DNA of 64,000 bases. It comes from an uncultured virus (IMG/VR IMGVR_UViG_2788500352_000001). Its lineage: Duplodnaviria; Heunggongvirae; Uroviricota; Caudoviricetes. The stretch is taken from the IMG/VR virus record IMGVR_UViG_2788500352_000001. One strand, given 5' to 3'. Shown piece by piece: positions 36,540 through 46,402 of this stretch (positions within the stretch are counted from its first letter, which is position 1; every line of letters begins with the position of its first letter). The notes beneath the pieces were generated by a model, which saw only the letters and a list, made by a program, of their open reading frames with translations, was not told the origin of the DNA and did no database searches. Made by a program: the position numbers and the translations under genes.

Positions 36540-36805
36540 AGCTCTACCCCTTCGAGTTTCGCGCGGCGGCGAAGAACGTCGAGATACCCATCCATCACAT
36601 AGGTCTGGAAACCATACAGCTCACGAGAGAGCGTCGGCGTAAAGTCCAGCTTCCCCGCATCCCATTTATCAAGCATCGCCCCAAGTTTTTTCCGGCGAAT
36701 TTTCAGTTGCAGGTACTCCGCCTTGAAGCGATCTTTGTAGTCATCGCTACACATCAGCGCGGCAGTGTCTTTGAGCTCCATCATTTGCGACTCCTGTAGT
36801 CCCAA
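36536..36805 (-). CDS. Conserved small phage protein in lysis cassette (crAss001_48-like)
   Basis: DTAALMCSDDYKDRFKAEYLQLKIR motif. Confidence 0.65.
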   Translation of the reverse strand: MGLQESQMMELKDTAALMCSDDYKDRFKAEYLQLKIRRKKLGAMLDKWDAGKLDFTPTLSRELYGFQTYVMDGYLDVLRRRAKLEGVEL

Positions 36806-37158
36806 TAAGCGTGATGACCACGCACGTCAACATGGACGAACGCGTCGTAAAGTCCGACGCCGCCGTCTTTATTGAGCTCCAGGCACAAGTCCTGAAACTC
36901 AGGAATTAACCGCGGATCATCCGGTCGAATATCCGCCGCCATGCCTTTCGTGTGATAAGAATTAGACACGGCCCCGGGAATCGTCGCGTTGTATTCTGGG
37001 CTTCGGTATCCCGAATTAACGAGAACCGGCTTCCCCCACTGTCGGCGGATGCGGTTCAAAAGATTCAAAAGCTCGTCCCGTACGACGTGCGGGAAAGGAG
37101 ACTGATGCGGGTCATTCGGACTCTGCAACTCCTTTTCGTCAAAGAAACCGTATTTCAT
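36781..37158 (-). CDS. Endolysin, peptidase M15 family
   Basis: VNSGYRS, SYHTKGMAAD, FVHVDVR. Confidence 0.92.
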   Translation of the reverse strand: MKYGFFDEKELQSPNDPHQSPFPHVVRDELLNLLNRIRRQWGKPVLVNSGYRSPEYNATIPGAVSNSYHTKGMAADIRPDDPRLIPEFQDLCLELNKDGGVGLYDAFVHVDVRGHHAYWDYRSRK

Positions 37159-37442
37159 CGGCCGCCTCTTTCTAAAAAACTTTTCAGGATGCTCACGCCG
37201 TCTTTTCCCATCATGCCACCCAGCCCGGCAAGCGCCCCCGCGGCCTCGTCCGGCAAACCGTAAGAGTGCGCGGCCATACAGATCAGAAAACCAATGAATC
37301 CCGACAAGGCTACCGCCCCGAAGAATTCCCACCAAAGGAATGGTTTCGCTTTATCCAACGAGTTCAAATACATCAGACACTGAGCCATAGCGCCCACCGC
37401 GAAGGAAAAAAGGTATCGAAAACAATCGTGGTACTCCTGCAT
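37155..37442 (-). CDS. Holin (LydA-like)
   Basis: Three hydrophobic segments, GALAGLGGMMG; overlaps endolysin start. Confidence 0.8.
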   Translation of the reverse strand: MQEYHDCFRYLFSFAVGAMAQCLMYLNSLDKAKPFLWWEFFGAVALSGFIGFLICMAAHSYGLPDEAAGALAGLGGMMGKDGVSILKSFLERGGR

Positions 37443-37471
37443 GGGAATCTCGCCCCTCTTCTAACGGAAGC

Positions 37472-37505
37472 ATTTTCGAAGGGCGAGGCGACTCTTTATG
37501 GACGG
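37472..37505 (-). promoter_or_regulatory. Putative late promoter 2
   Basis: CCGTCCATAAA-N17-GAAAAT upstream of holin. Confidence 0.75.
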
Positions 37506-40127
37506 TTAAGTCGAGACATTAAGAACCAACCCCTGCACCGTGAGCGGCAACGGGTCAGCCTGTCGAATGCAAACGGAACCTTCGGTTTGCCACGTCGGCG
37601 CGAGGCGCAACTCAATTTCCTCTGTCTTGAGTTCCGGCGGCTTTCCGGGCATTTCTGTCGTACGCTGTTTGTATTCCGTGAGATTGTCAAAGTCCGGACC
37701 CACAAATACACCCGACGAGCGATAGACCTGTAGGAAGACTTGAATGATGTTCTTTTTAATGCCCCCACCAAGCGCACTCTTGTTCTGCATTGTGAGCGGC
37801 AACGTCTTAGCATCAGCCTCGAAAGGCAATCCGACTATCACTTTGGACGCAGGCGAATCAAGATCGACCACTCCATTCGTTACAACTTGTTGAGGCATGA
37901 CGGCACCATCAGCAAGGATAGAAACCGTCTTGCCTTCGAGCCAATTCAAACCGGTAACGTGCGTTGTCGGCTCTCCTGAATACACGCCGCCCGAGTCAAC
38001 AAAGAACGCATCCTGGATGTTTTCAACGTTCATTGAAGTCATCCGCTCAATGTAGCGTTTCGTCTGCCCGTTGATTTCACGACGAACGACAACGTAAAGA
38101 TGGTCCTCTTCGCCCTCTTCCACGGCCGCCACGGACTCAAACACACCGTCGGTAATATGCTGATGCCAGGCCAAAACTTCCTGTTCTGGAATGTATGTCA
38201 GCCCCAAAAGCGAGCCATCGGAACTGATATACCAAAGAAGCGGTATAGGCGCCAAAGCCAATGCCGAGTCCAAAACTTTTTTGAAGTCGAAAAGATGCGA
38301 AGCCCGGAGGCACAAATCCGACGACACAAAGCCGCCCGCCGAATATTCATAAGCAAAGTCTCGGACGTGCCCGCCACGGGCCGCACAATAGACAACGGCA
38401 TTGCCGACGACCTGCGGCATCACCCGGCTCGATCCTGTATTACTCTGAGGCTTTGCGGCAATGGACGACGGAGAAATCACACTGCCGTCCTGCGGACTGA
38501 TGCGGAAAGCCATGCTGGACGTGAGGAGAATCAGACTTGTCAGCGAAACGACGTGCTGTACTGCGCTGAATTCTCGACTTGCCATTTGAAAACTCACGCG
38601 GTCATCATCGCGATATGGGAGGGAATAACTGAAGTCCGACTCACTGCCCGTACGCGTCATCAGCACACGTTGCGGATCCGAATGCAATCCGGCAAAGATA
38701 CGCCGCTGCTCGAAGTACCCGACGGCCCGAGGATAGTCACCAGCGCCACCTGTCGTCGCCGTACCCGTAGCACCGGAGCCCGTACCGCCGCGGAATGTCA
38801 GTTTCGGTGCCGTGTACTCGGAACCCGCCGCCCTGATCTGTACGGAAACAACCTTCCCGTTTTCAACCACAGCCCGCAGCTGAGCCCCCGAACCCGTACT
38901 ATCGGACACTTCCACCGTCGGAACGCCAGAATAAGTGGAGAGCGAGTACGTCTCAGTTTTTGTGGACACGAAAAACGCAGAGAGTGTCTGACCGGAAACC
39001 ACCACCTTCGGAGAAGTGTAGTTGTTCCCTTCGGAGACAATTCGGATGCCTTTCAGCGTCGTGTAGTAGTTGGTATAACTGTTACCGCTTGAAGACGTTC
39101 CGGGCGATGAATGTCGCTCAAGCACCAACTCAACTTTGCCGCCGTAGCCAGTATTGGCCGAATCGCTAAGCGTTACTGAAAGCGAAGGGTAGCCAGAACG
39201 TGAAATCCACGTCGTGCTAATGTTTTCCACCGGCAAAAGTCCATTGACGCAGTTGGTGTAACCGCTTCCGCCGTTTGTTACCGTCACTGACTTAATGCCG
39301 CGAGACGTAGAGAACACATCATCAAAGCGACGAATCGTTATCTCCGTCTTCGGCGTAATGTTGTCGTCGATGATTTCCGGCGTTTCACTATCGCCAATGT
39401 AGCCGTAAAGTCCGCCCTTGTTTTTATAGAAGCGATAGAAGGCTGCGCCCTTCATCTCGTCGCAGGTAATCTTGACCGTAGTCCCGTAAGCGTAGAGGTT
39501 TGCCACGACACTCACCGCTTCACTCGCTTCGCTTTCCTCTGTTTTGTCGGCATTGAGGCAAGATACCCGATACTTCTGAGTGTACTTGTCGGCGTTCGAA
39601 TCTTCAGCCGCAGCCGTTGCACGTACCGCCGCTACCCCCGTCGGCTTCGGGAGTTTCGTATTGGTTTCGACTGTTACGATTCGCCAGTCCCGTGCACCAT
39701 AGCGACGAATTTCAGTCGGCGGATAGTTTTCGTGCGTCACCGTCACAATGTCACCAGACTGTACATAATCCAAAGAGAACAAGTCCGCAGAATCCCAAGG
39801 TGTTGTGACCTGATACTCCGTCCCGTCGTCATTCACCAGCGTCGCACCGTAGCTATGGAACCGGGCGTACTTGTGTCCGAGCTCAATAATCATCGTCTGC
39901 CCGGCACTGTACGTGAACGGGATCAGCCGCACTGGGCGCGAGTCGTTACCCACTTTGTTCACGAACTCGAACCCCGGGCGGTTGCGGATAGGTCCCTGCG
40001 GCAGGCAGATGAAGTTTTGGCACTTCAAAAGCCCGGCCTGATACTTCACGTCGTCGCGGCGGCCATACATATCCGGCGAGATTTCGCCCCCGGCAAAGCT
40101 AAGCTGAATTACTTTATCAACGGCCAT
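37506..40127 (-). CDS. Tail tubular protein B / nozzle
   Basis: QLSFAGGEISP start, YFEQRRIFAG, AWHQHIT, PLPLTV end. Confidence 0.85.
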   Translation of the reverse strand: MAVDKVIQLSFAGGEISPDMYGRRDDVKYQAGLLKCQNFICLPQGPIRNRPGFEFVNKVGNDSRPVRLIPFTYSAGQTMIIELGHKYARFHSYGATLVNDDGTEYQVTTPWDSADLFSLDYVQSGDIVTVTHENYPPTEIRRYGARDWRIVTVETNTKLPKPTGVAAVRATAAAEDSNADKYTQKYRVSCLNADKTEESEASEAVSVVANLYAYGTTVKITCDEMKGAAFYRFYKNKGGLYGYIGDSETPEIIDDNITPKTEITIRRFDDVFSTSRGIKSVTVTNGGSGYTNCVNGLLPVENISTTWISRSGYPSLSVTLSDSANTGYGGKVELVLERHSSPGTSSSGNSYTNYYTTLKGIRIVSEGNNYTSPKVVVSGQTLSAFFVSTKTETYSLSTYSGVPTVEVSDSTGSGAQLRAVVENGKVVSVQIRAAGSEYTAPKLTFRGGTGSGATGTATTGGAGDYPRAVGYFEQRRIFAGLHSDPQRVLMTRTGSESDFSYSLPYRDDDRVSFQMASREFSAVQHVVSLTSLILLTSSMAFRISPQDGSVISPSSIAAKPQSNTGSSRVMPQVVGNAVVYCAARGGHVRDFAYEYSAGGFVSSDLCLRASHLFDFKKVLDSALALAPIPLLWYISSDGSLLGLTYIPEQEVLAWHQHITDGVFESVAAVEEGEEDHLYVVVRREINGQTKRYIERMTSMNVENIQDAFFVDSGGVYSGEPTTHVTGLNWLEGKTVSILADGAVMPQQVVTNGVVDLDSPASKVIVGLPFEADAKTLPLTMQNKSALGGGIKKNIIQVFLQVYRSSGVFVGPDFDNLTEYKQRTTEMPGKPPELKTEEIELRLAPTWQTEGSVCIRQADPLPLTVQGLVLNVST

Positions 40128-40746
40128 ACCAGCCTCCCATTTCCTCTGGAAGGCGCATATCACCCGTATAAGGCGTTCGTGCCATATCCACCGAAGTGTC
40201 CTGCAAAGCGTCGCGCTTAATAGCGTCTTTCACCATCAGCGTGTAAATCTTCAGTTGTTCTTCTGCCATGGAAGCACCAGTCGCCCCGGTAATCGCTGCA
40301 CCTGCGAGTTTGGCTGCCAGCAAATGCGCCAGAGCATCGGCAAAATCCGATGGGAACAACTCGGCCGGCACCAGCGACGTCGTATACCGAACCCAATCCG
40401 CTGGAACGTCCGTCAGAATCGCCATACCGTAATCCGACCGTTCAAGATGATAGGAATACAGGTCACGGCCCGACTTGTCGAATACACGCTGAATCTGCAG
40501 GCAATCCGATGGATATCCGTAGGCATAGGCCGCACCAATCGGAGGTTCTTTCAGCTGATTGAGTTTGGTGCGCTTTGTGGCAAATGTCCACGCCGTTTCA
40601 GTGAGAATACGGTTAAGCGCCAACGGGTAGAACCGGGCACAATGATCCGCCTGCGGAGAACCTTCGGGCGGATCAATGGAAGTCACCGTGCCCGTATCGC
40701 CGAGATACGACAGCGCGATGTTACAAATATCGACAACGGTAGTCAT
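40117..40746 (-). CDS. Tail tubular protein A / adaptor
   Basis: VVDICNIALSYLG, WTFATKR motifs. Confidence 0.85.
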   Translation of the reverse strand: MTTVVDICNIALSYLGDTGTVTSIDPPEGSPQADHCARFYPLALNRILTETAWTFATKRTKLNQLKEPPIGAAYAYGYPSDCLQIQRVFDKSGRDLYSYHLERSDYGMAILTDVPADWVRYTTSLVPAELFPSDFADALAHLLAAKLAGAAITGATGASMAEEQLKIYTLMVKDAIKRDALQDTSVDMARTPYTGDMRLPEEMGGWYGR

Positions 40747-40838
40747 AGGGCCTCCTATGAAAGCGGGGAGCCGTCAGACTCCCCGTAAAACTGCGCACCG
40801 CCAACCGTCAGGCCAGCGGAGAGATAAGGATCACCTCC

Positions 40839-41240
40839 TTAAGCAGCGTAGTTAGGATTCGCTTCATAATCCCCGATTCGCTTCCCGCGCGGGCTGTCCG
40901 GACGGAGCGTCACGCCGGCAGACACCTTGCCAGACATGGACGTGCCCGCAAACACCAACTTGGTGTACTGGGGTAAGCCCTGCGGAATCGGGATATTGAT
41001 CCCACCACCGTCCGTGAGGTCAGTCAGCTTGTAGGAAAGGATTTCCGTGAACGTGGAATTATCGGAACTGCCTTGAAGCGCAACGCTTGCGAGCCCCGTC
41101 ACGGCACCGACGTTGCGGACGTAGATATAGCCGACACCTTCGGAAATACCGGCCTTACCAATATCAAGAACCTTCGAATCCTTGCTTGCGCCGGAAAGCG
41201 TCAGTTCACTGGCATACATGGTTAAAAAATCAACATGCAT
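40839..41240 (-). CDS. Capsid cement/decoration protein (Bbp16-like)
   Basis: Beta-rich, LQGSSDNSTF motif, follows capsid. Confidence 0.7.
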   Translation of the reverse strand: MHVDFLTMYASELTLSGASKDSKVLDIGKAGISEGVGYIYVRNVGAVTGLASVALQGSSDNSTFTEILSYKLTDLTDGGGINIPIPQGLPQYTKLVFAGTSMSGKVSAGVTLRPDSPRGKRIGDYEANPNYAA

Positions 41241-41253
41241 CGTTCTTTCTCCC

Positions 41254-42252
41254 TTAGCTGATCTTGGCTTCGTCGATGCGAATAGCGTCGTCGGCTTCAA
41301 TCGGAATCGTGAAGAAGTGCGTCGCCATCTGTTCGGCAGCTTCCACAATCTTGAGGCACTGCGTGGACTTTTCATAGGCGGCAATTTCCAAGGCCGTCTG
41401 AATTTCGGTGCGGCAAAGCATCACCTGATGACGGCGCAACTGAGCCGGAATACGGTTCTTCGCGCGAATCAGCGTCTTGATAAGAGAATCAGACTGCAGA
41501 TCAACTTCGCCATCCTTCATCGGGATGTTGCACACACGAACGCAGGCTCGCCAATCGTTAAGAGCCGCACCGGGTTGCCACTTGTAGTGGTCAACGTATG
41601 CTTCCATCTTGCCCTTGCCGTCGGGGGCATCGACAGTCTGCTGTCCCTTATCTGTATGCTGCAAACCATATTTCGAGCCCTTCGGGTAAAGTCCGAAGAA
41701 TTCGTCAAAGTTAACAATGTAGACAGAAGTGTAGCCATCAGCCGTACCGGTATAACCAGCATCAGCAGCAACCACATTGTGCGACGCCGGAACCTTTTTG
41801 TTCATCGTGGCATAGCGCGTAGCCAAGCCAGTGAACTTGCGAATATCCTTGTCATTGTCGCCGTAATAAAGAGCAGCAGCGACGGCATCGCTCATGCCCT
41901 GAATAAAGGCCTTTTCTTCCGAGAGGCGGAACTGAGCCGTGTTGCCGTTTATATTGGCAAGGTCAATATCAACGTTAGCGTAGTTTTCAACGTTAGAGGT
42001 CACGTCCACCACAGAGGCAGTCGAAGACTTCGTCGGCTGGACGCCTTCGTACATCCCGCGCCACGTCGGTTCAGGGATGCCAGTTCGGATTGAATGCTTG
42101 AAGCCCGTGGTCATGTTGCATTCGCGCCACGGAATATGTCGCAGGATAGCGTTATTCTGCGACAAGACTTCTGCAATCGGAGCAATCTCGCCGTTCTCAT
42201 CCGTGCGGGATGCGACATCAGCAAGGGTAGGATACTGAGCAATAGCAGCCAT
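41254..42252 (-). CDS. Major capsid protein
   Basis: PTLADV, IRTGIPEPTWR, DWRACVRVCNI; BPP-1/epsilon15-type. Confidence 0.9.
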   Translation of the reverse strand: MAAIAQYPTLADVASRTDENGEIAPIAEVLSQNNAILRHIPWRECNMTTGFKHSIRTGIPEPTWRGMYEGVQPTKSSTASVVDVTSNVENYANVDIDLANINGNTAQFRLSEEKAFIQGMSDAVAAALYYGDNDKDIRKFTGLATRYATMNKKVPASHNVVAADAGYTGTADGYTSVYIVNFDEFFGLYPKGSKYGLQHTDKGQQTVDAPDGKGKMEAYVDHYKWQPGAALNDWRACVRVCNIPMKDGEVDLQSDSLIKTLIRAKNRIPAQLRRHQVMLCRTEIQTALEIAAYEKSTQCLKIVEAAEQMATHFFTIPIEADDAIRIDEAKIS

Positions 42253-42261
42253 GCTTTCCTC

Positions 42262-42948
42262 TTAGTTCATCTTGGAATTGTTGAAAAACCGGGCCAACGG
42301 GTCTCCCTGTCCGCCCTCACCGTTGCCGCGCGGTGAAACGTCGTCGGAGATCGACTGAGCGATCTGATAGAACATCTTGATAATCCCCGGATGCGTATCG
42401 AGCCCCGTCTTTACGAGGAGCTCCCGCGCCTCCGGCGGGCAATACTTCTGAAATGCCTTCGCCGCAATGCCGAGGTTTTGTTTGGCCTTCGCGCCGCCGA
42501 GTTCCTTGTCCGCAGCGAACGCCTTGAGGTTTTCACTCTTGAAGGCCGCCAGCGCCTGTTCCTGCGCCTGCTGCAGCACCGGACTCATCTTGTTGATGAT
42601 CGTGGCAAAGGACTTCTGCGAGAGGCCCATTTCGTGGCAGACACCCGCCAACGTTTCGCAAACATCGTCATTCAGTTCCGCGCCTTCGGGAACTTCGATG
42701 CCTTCGTTGGTGTAGGAATCTTCGGGCGCACCGAGCCATTCATTGGGCTTATCGCCCTTGTCCGTCCCGTCGTCACCCGCCGCAGGTTCGCCACCATCAT
42801 TGGCCGCGTCCGCCCCCCCGGTCGCCGGAGGTACTGCATCGGCGGCAGCGGGCGTACCTCCGGCGACACCGGGATCAGTCGTACCGGTATCAGGAGGCGT
42901 AGCGCCAGCGTCCGCACCGGTATCCGTAACAGTTGCCGCATCTGTCAT
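42262..42948 (-). CDS. Scaffolding protein (putative)
   Basis: Acidic low-complexity N-terminus; GLDTHPGIIK.F..IA..ISDD C-terminus; upstream of capsid. Confidence 0.75.
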   Translation of the reverse strand: MTDAATVTDTGADAGATPPDTGTTDPGVAGGTPAAADAVPPATGGADAANDGGEPAAGDDGTDKGDKPNEWLGAPEDSYTNEGIEVPEGAELNDDVCETLAGVCHEMGLSQKSFATIINKMSPVLQQAQEQALAAFKSENLKAFAADKELGGAKAKQNLGIAAKAFQKYCPPEARELLVKTGLDTHPGIIKMFYQIAQSISDDVSPRGNGEGGQGDPLARFFNNSKMN

Positions 42949-43265
42949 TTGTTTTCCTCTCGCATTGAATTGATCTGCTCTTCAAGCCCGGCCGAGCGAA
43001 GTCGCCGGAGAATGTCAAGTCCTACATCTCGCCGAGCACTGAGGAGCATCATTCGCATCGGATCAGTACTCGTCACCGAGTCCGCCTGCCCCGTAAGGGA
43101 GAGAACCCAGTGCATTGCCCGACGGCCGAACTCGGTTTCCATCAGGCTTTTCAGCGCGTTGTCGAGTTTCTTTTCTTCCTGCTTTCGCAGCCGTTCTTCT
43201 TCTGCGCGGGCTTCTTCCTCTTCGAAAATGCCCTGCATCCGAGTGTCTGCCATTGTTTCTGTCAT
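42945..43265 (-). CDS. Small head-region protein (Bbp19-like); true start may be 43238
   Basis: LMETEFGRR..HWVL...RRDVGL motif. Confidence 0.7.
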   Translation of the reverse strand: MTETMADTRMQGIFEEEEARAEEERLRKQEEKKLDNALKSLMETEFGRRAMHWVLSLTGQADSVTSTDPMRMMLLSARRDVGLDILRRLRSAGLEEQINSMREENK

Positions 43266-43285
43266 CCCGTCACCTTTATGGACGG
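43252..43285 (-). promoter_or_regulatory. Putative late promoter 3
   Basis: CCGTCCATAAA-N17-AACAAT ahead of scaffold/capsid genes. Confidence 0.75.
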
Positions 43286-43287
43286 CC

Positions 43288-44955
43288 TTACATCACGCCC
43301 TGAGATGGTTGCTCTTGTTCGGGACTCATCGCTATATCCGCGCCGCCGACACTGCCTGCCGCCTGCCCCAAATCCTTGATAGTGGAAGCCGCCTGTGCTG
43401 CCTGCATCTGCTGCTGTTGCTGCGCCTGCTCTTCGGCGCGCTGCTTGCGAATGATTGCCACCCGAGAGCCCGCAACGATCATGGACGGCGGAACGCCGTT
43501 CATATCCGCCAAGAGATCAATCGTTTCATCGGCATCCAATTTGTCGAGCGCTTCCGGACGCATCTGCGCCAGAACGCCAATCTGCTGCACCGTGCGCATA
43601 ACGCCGTCCACCGCAGAACTTTTCTGCATCTGCGCCAGTACCGAGATGTATTCAACATTGAGTTCTTTCCCCTGCATTTCCTGCGGAGGTTCAGGCACCA
43701 AGTCGGCCTCCACTAGGTATCCAAACGCCGTAGAGACCAACGGATCAAGCATTTCCGTATGAAGGCGCTCAAGCACCGGCCCAAGCATCATCACCTTTTC
43801 CTGTTCCAACGCCTGGATTTCGGTAGCCGTACGGTCAGTACCTTGATTCGCCGCGATCATCTGGAAGATGTTCACATTGAAGTAGCGCTGTATCTGCGCC
43901 CGTGCGTCTGCGATCTGCGCCTGCAGCATTTCAGGCGATGCCTGCACTGCCCAAGCCGAGCGAATCACGTCGTTGTCCGCAGGGTCAACCGGGATGCGAC
44001 CGCCGGGACGGAATAGCTGCATTGCGCCCTTGTACTTTGTCGGGTATTGAATCGGTGGATTCGAGAGATAATCCGTGAGGATGCCCATCTGCTTTTGCAG
44101 GCGCTGCAGACTTTTAGCCGCCGACAAGGCTTTCGCACCAGGGCCACGCCCGTAAACAGAGCCCGCCGTAGTGAGCCATCGGGGACACAACGCCGGAAAT
44201 TGGTCATAGCCGGACTCACCCAGCACCTTGCCGTCACTGCGGCCTTGTTCCCAATACACAGACCGCCACGGCTTATTGTGGTTGTCGTGCTTCATCACGT
44301 TACGGTCAAGACGCGGCTCAATGGCGTGCATCACGTCAAAGCGACGGTACGGGTTATCGCGTAAGGAACTTCTGACATCGGTGCTGACAGCATCGATACC
44401 GAACTTCTGCACCATCTGCTTCGCCGTCATGCTGATATGACGATAAACCGTGTCGATACGGTCGAACGGATCAGCCGCGAGCCAGTATTCCCCAACCGTG
44501 AGATTCATCATATCGATGACACGGTCAGGGTGACGCTGCACAATGGAACACGCAGTCCCGAACGCCGGAAGCTCAAGATATGAGCGATGCAGCGAGTTGT
44601 AGACCTCCGACTTTGCGAAATACATCAGGATCAAGTCCTGAAGTTCAGACAGCCACTGTTTCACATCCGGCGATTCGTCTAAGTCCGGATCCATTGTCGT
44701 AAGACGCAGCCACGGCCGCGACGGCGAACTGACGCCCGCCAAGAGTCCTGCCGCCAAAATATCGGCACTGTCTGCGGCTTCGGCATCATACAGGCGCGTG
44801 TAGCGCTTACCGCCCTCGTAGCCACGCTCACCGGGGAACGCCCCCAAGTCCGGCACCTCATAGTCGCGTATGTCGTACCAAAGGTTTTCCCACGTCTCAC
44901 GTTCCGCTTTCAGCCCAGCCAAGCGCTGCTGAAGCTGCTTGACATCAACTGCCAT
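43288..44955 (-). CDS. Portal (head-tail connector), T7-like
   Basis: SPSRPWLRL, YGRGPG, RTATEI, LGPVLERL motifs. Confidence 0.95.
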   Translation of the reverse strand: MAVDVKQLQQRLAGLKAERETWENLWYDIRDYEVPDLGAFPGERGYEGGKRYTRLYDAEAADSADILAAGLLAGVSSPSRPWLRLTTMDPDLDESPDVKQWLSELQDLILMYFAKSEVYNSLHRSYLELPAFGTACSIVQRHPDRVIDMMNLTVGEYWLAADPFDRIDTVYRHISMTAKQMVQKFGIDAVSTDVRSSLRDNPYRRFDVMHAIEPRLDRNVMKHDNHNKPWRSVYWEQGRSDGKVLGESGYDQFPALCPRWLTTAGSVYGRGPGAKALSAAKSLQRLQKQMGILTDYLSNPPIQYPTKYKGAMQLFRPGGRIPVDPADNDVIRSAWAVQASPEMLQAQIADARAQIQRYFNVNIFQMIAANQGTDRTATEIQALEQEKVMMLGPVLERLHTEMLDPLVSTAFGYLVEADLVPEPPQEMQGKELNVEYISVLAQMQKSSAVDGVMRTVQQIGVLAQMRPEALDKLDADETIDLLADMNGVPPSMIVAGSRVAIIRKQRAEEQAQQQQQMQAAQAASTIKDLGQAAGSVGGADIAMSPEQEQPSQGVM

Positions 44956-45250
44956 TCGCGCCCCCGAGCGTACTCGTTTGGTTAAACAGCTTCGTTTTCT
45001 TCAGCTTGCCTCCCGTTAGATCAGTAGCCGCCCGCTTGCTGGACGTGTTTGAAGCAAGCAAAGAATCAATATCCGGTTCTTTGCCGTTAGCCTTCTCGCG
45101 TTCCTGCGCCTCGTTTTCATAAGCTTGCTTAGTGGCCTGATACTGCTTTTCTGCCAAAGCCTTCTCACGATCCAGTTGGCGCTTTTGGGTATAAATGTTG
45201 AGGCCGCCGGTGACAGCACCGATAATTGCCCCAGCGATTGTCTGCGCCAT
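44945..45250 (-). CDS. Small virion protein (gp7.3-like position)
   Basis: Lys-rich C-terminus ending TSTLGG... Confidence 0.65.
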   Translation of the reverse strand: MAQTIAGAIIGAVTGGLNIYTQKRQLDREKALAEKQYQATKQAYENEAQEREKANGKEPDIDSLLASNTSSKRAATDLTGGKLKKTKLFNQTSTLGGANGS

Positions 45251-45252
45251 AG

Positions 45253-45570
45253 CTACGCCCCCAAAAGCTTTTTCTTCTGCAGCTTGAGATCATCCGTACT
45301 GATGCCGCCAAGCCCCGTCAACGAATCGCCCGGACCGGAGTCAGCGCCGAAGTCACCAAGCCCTGAAAGCTGAGAGGAATCAGCGTCGTTCCCGTTGGAC
45401 TTGCGTTGTTGCTGGTCCAACAAAGATTGCTGCTTCTTTTTCTGCGCTGCTAATTCGGCCTCCTGCCGACGTGCTTCTTCCTTGGCCTTGTCGCGGGCGT
45501 CTTTGCCCGTTACTTTGTTGAAAGCCTTCTTTACGGCCTTTACCGGATTTAATTTAGAGAAAAATCCCAT
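45253..45570 (-). CDS. Small virion protein (gp7.3-like position)
   Basis: MGFFSK start, ends LQKKKLLGA. Confidence 0.65.
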   Translation of the reverse strand: MGFFSKLNPVKAVKKAFNKVTGKDARDKAKEEARRQEAELAAQKKKQQSLLDQQQRKSNGNDADSSQLSGLGDFGADSGPGDSLTGLGGISTDDLKLQKKKLLGA

Positions 45571-45573
45571 TTG

Positions 45574-45780
45574 TTAGCCCCCCAACGTATTGCGCTTGCG
45601 GAATAACTTTCCGCCTTCACCGTCCGCAGCACTAGACGTACCAGCGTCCATTGCCGCGTCGTCTGCCCCTGTGGATTCAGCACTAGCAGGCTTGCCAGGA
45701 GTGCCGTTGTTACGCCTACGGGATGTAATGCGAGAAACAATGTTGGCAAGGCCCATTTTCAAAGCAAGGCCATGGCTCAT
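45574..45780 (-). CDS. Small virion protein (gp7.3-like position)
   Basis: GGAGG RBS, ends FRKRNTLGG. Confidence 0.6.
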   Translation of the reverse strand: MSHGLALKMGLANIVSRITSRRRNNGTPGKPASAESTGADDAAMDAGTSSAADGEGGKLFRKRNTLGG

Positions 45781-45850
45781 TTCTTGTCACCTCCAAGTCG
45801 ATGCTTTCGCAAATGCCGACGTTCAAACTCTTCTGCTGAAGGTTCAGCCA

Positions 45851-46285
45851 TCACAGACTCCTTATAAATGTCACCTGACAGCCTGAATGCGGCCGTTTCT
45901 GCAAAGCCGCGGCGAGTGGTGCTTGCTCGTCGCAGATCCACTGAAACGACGTACACCCCCGCTTTTTTGCCTCACGCTCACACATCACAAAAAGCCGTCC
46001 GGGCACCATCGTCCCTCGGTATTCGGGCAATACGAAAATCGTGTCGTTGCAGGCCGTAAGTTCCCCAGAATGCTGATGAGGCGCGACAAAGATCGACGCA
46101 GCCCCCACCGCTTTTTCTCCGTCGTAGGCGACAAAGGCAAACGCCAGCGAGTTTTCGGAGAGTGCGCGGTAGAAGTCTTCCGTCGGATCAAAGATCGGGC
46201 CGTTACCTGATTCGCGGAAATTCGTTTCAAGCAAATCTCGGTGCTTCCGCAGCAGGTCATAACAGGACATGAGTACGTATCGCAT
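45851..46285 (-). CDS. GNAT-family acetyltransferase (probably leaderless mRNA)
   Basis: IFVLPEYRG...LF..CEREAKKRG motif A. Confidence 0.82.
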   Translation of the reverse strand: MRYVLMSCYDLLRKHRDLLETNFRESGNGPIFDPTEDFYRALSENSLAFAFVAYDGEKAVGAASIFVAPHQHSGELTACNDTIFVLPEYRGTMVPGRLFVMCEREAKKRGCTSFQWICDEQAPLAAALQKRPHSGCQVTFIRSL

Positions 46286-46291
46286 ACCCGC

Positions 46292-46370
46292 AGTTTCAGC
46301 GGGGCGACGGTACATTTATGGACGACAATCGCTCAATCGTCCATAAACTTCAAAGCCTTGCAAATACGAT
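46292..46370. promoter_or_regulatory. Back-to-back pair of putative late promoters (4 and 5)
   Basis: TTTATGGACGA-N11-TCGTCCATAAA inverted repeat; minus copy N17-GAAACT, plus copy N17-TACGAT. Confidence 0.78.
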
Positions 46371-46402
46371 GCGTTCATGAAATTTCATGGGAGGGTACTG
46401 CA

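Noticed and set aside
41182..43716. 303-aa and 441-aa plus-strand ORFs
   Set aside because: Antisense shadows of capsid, scaffold and portal genes
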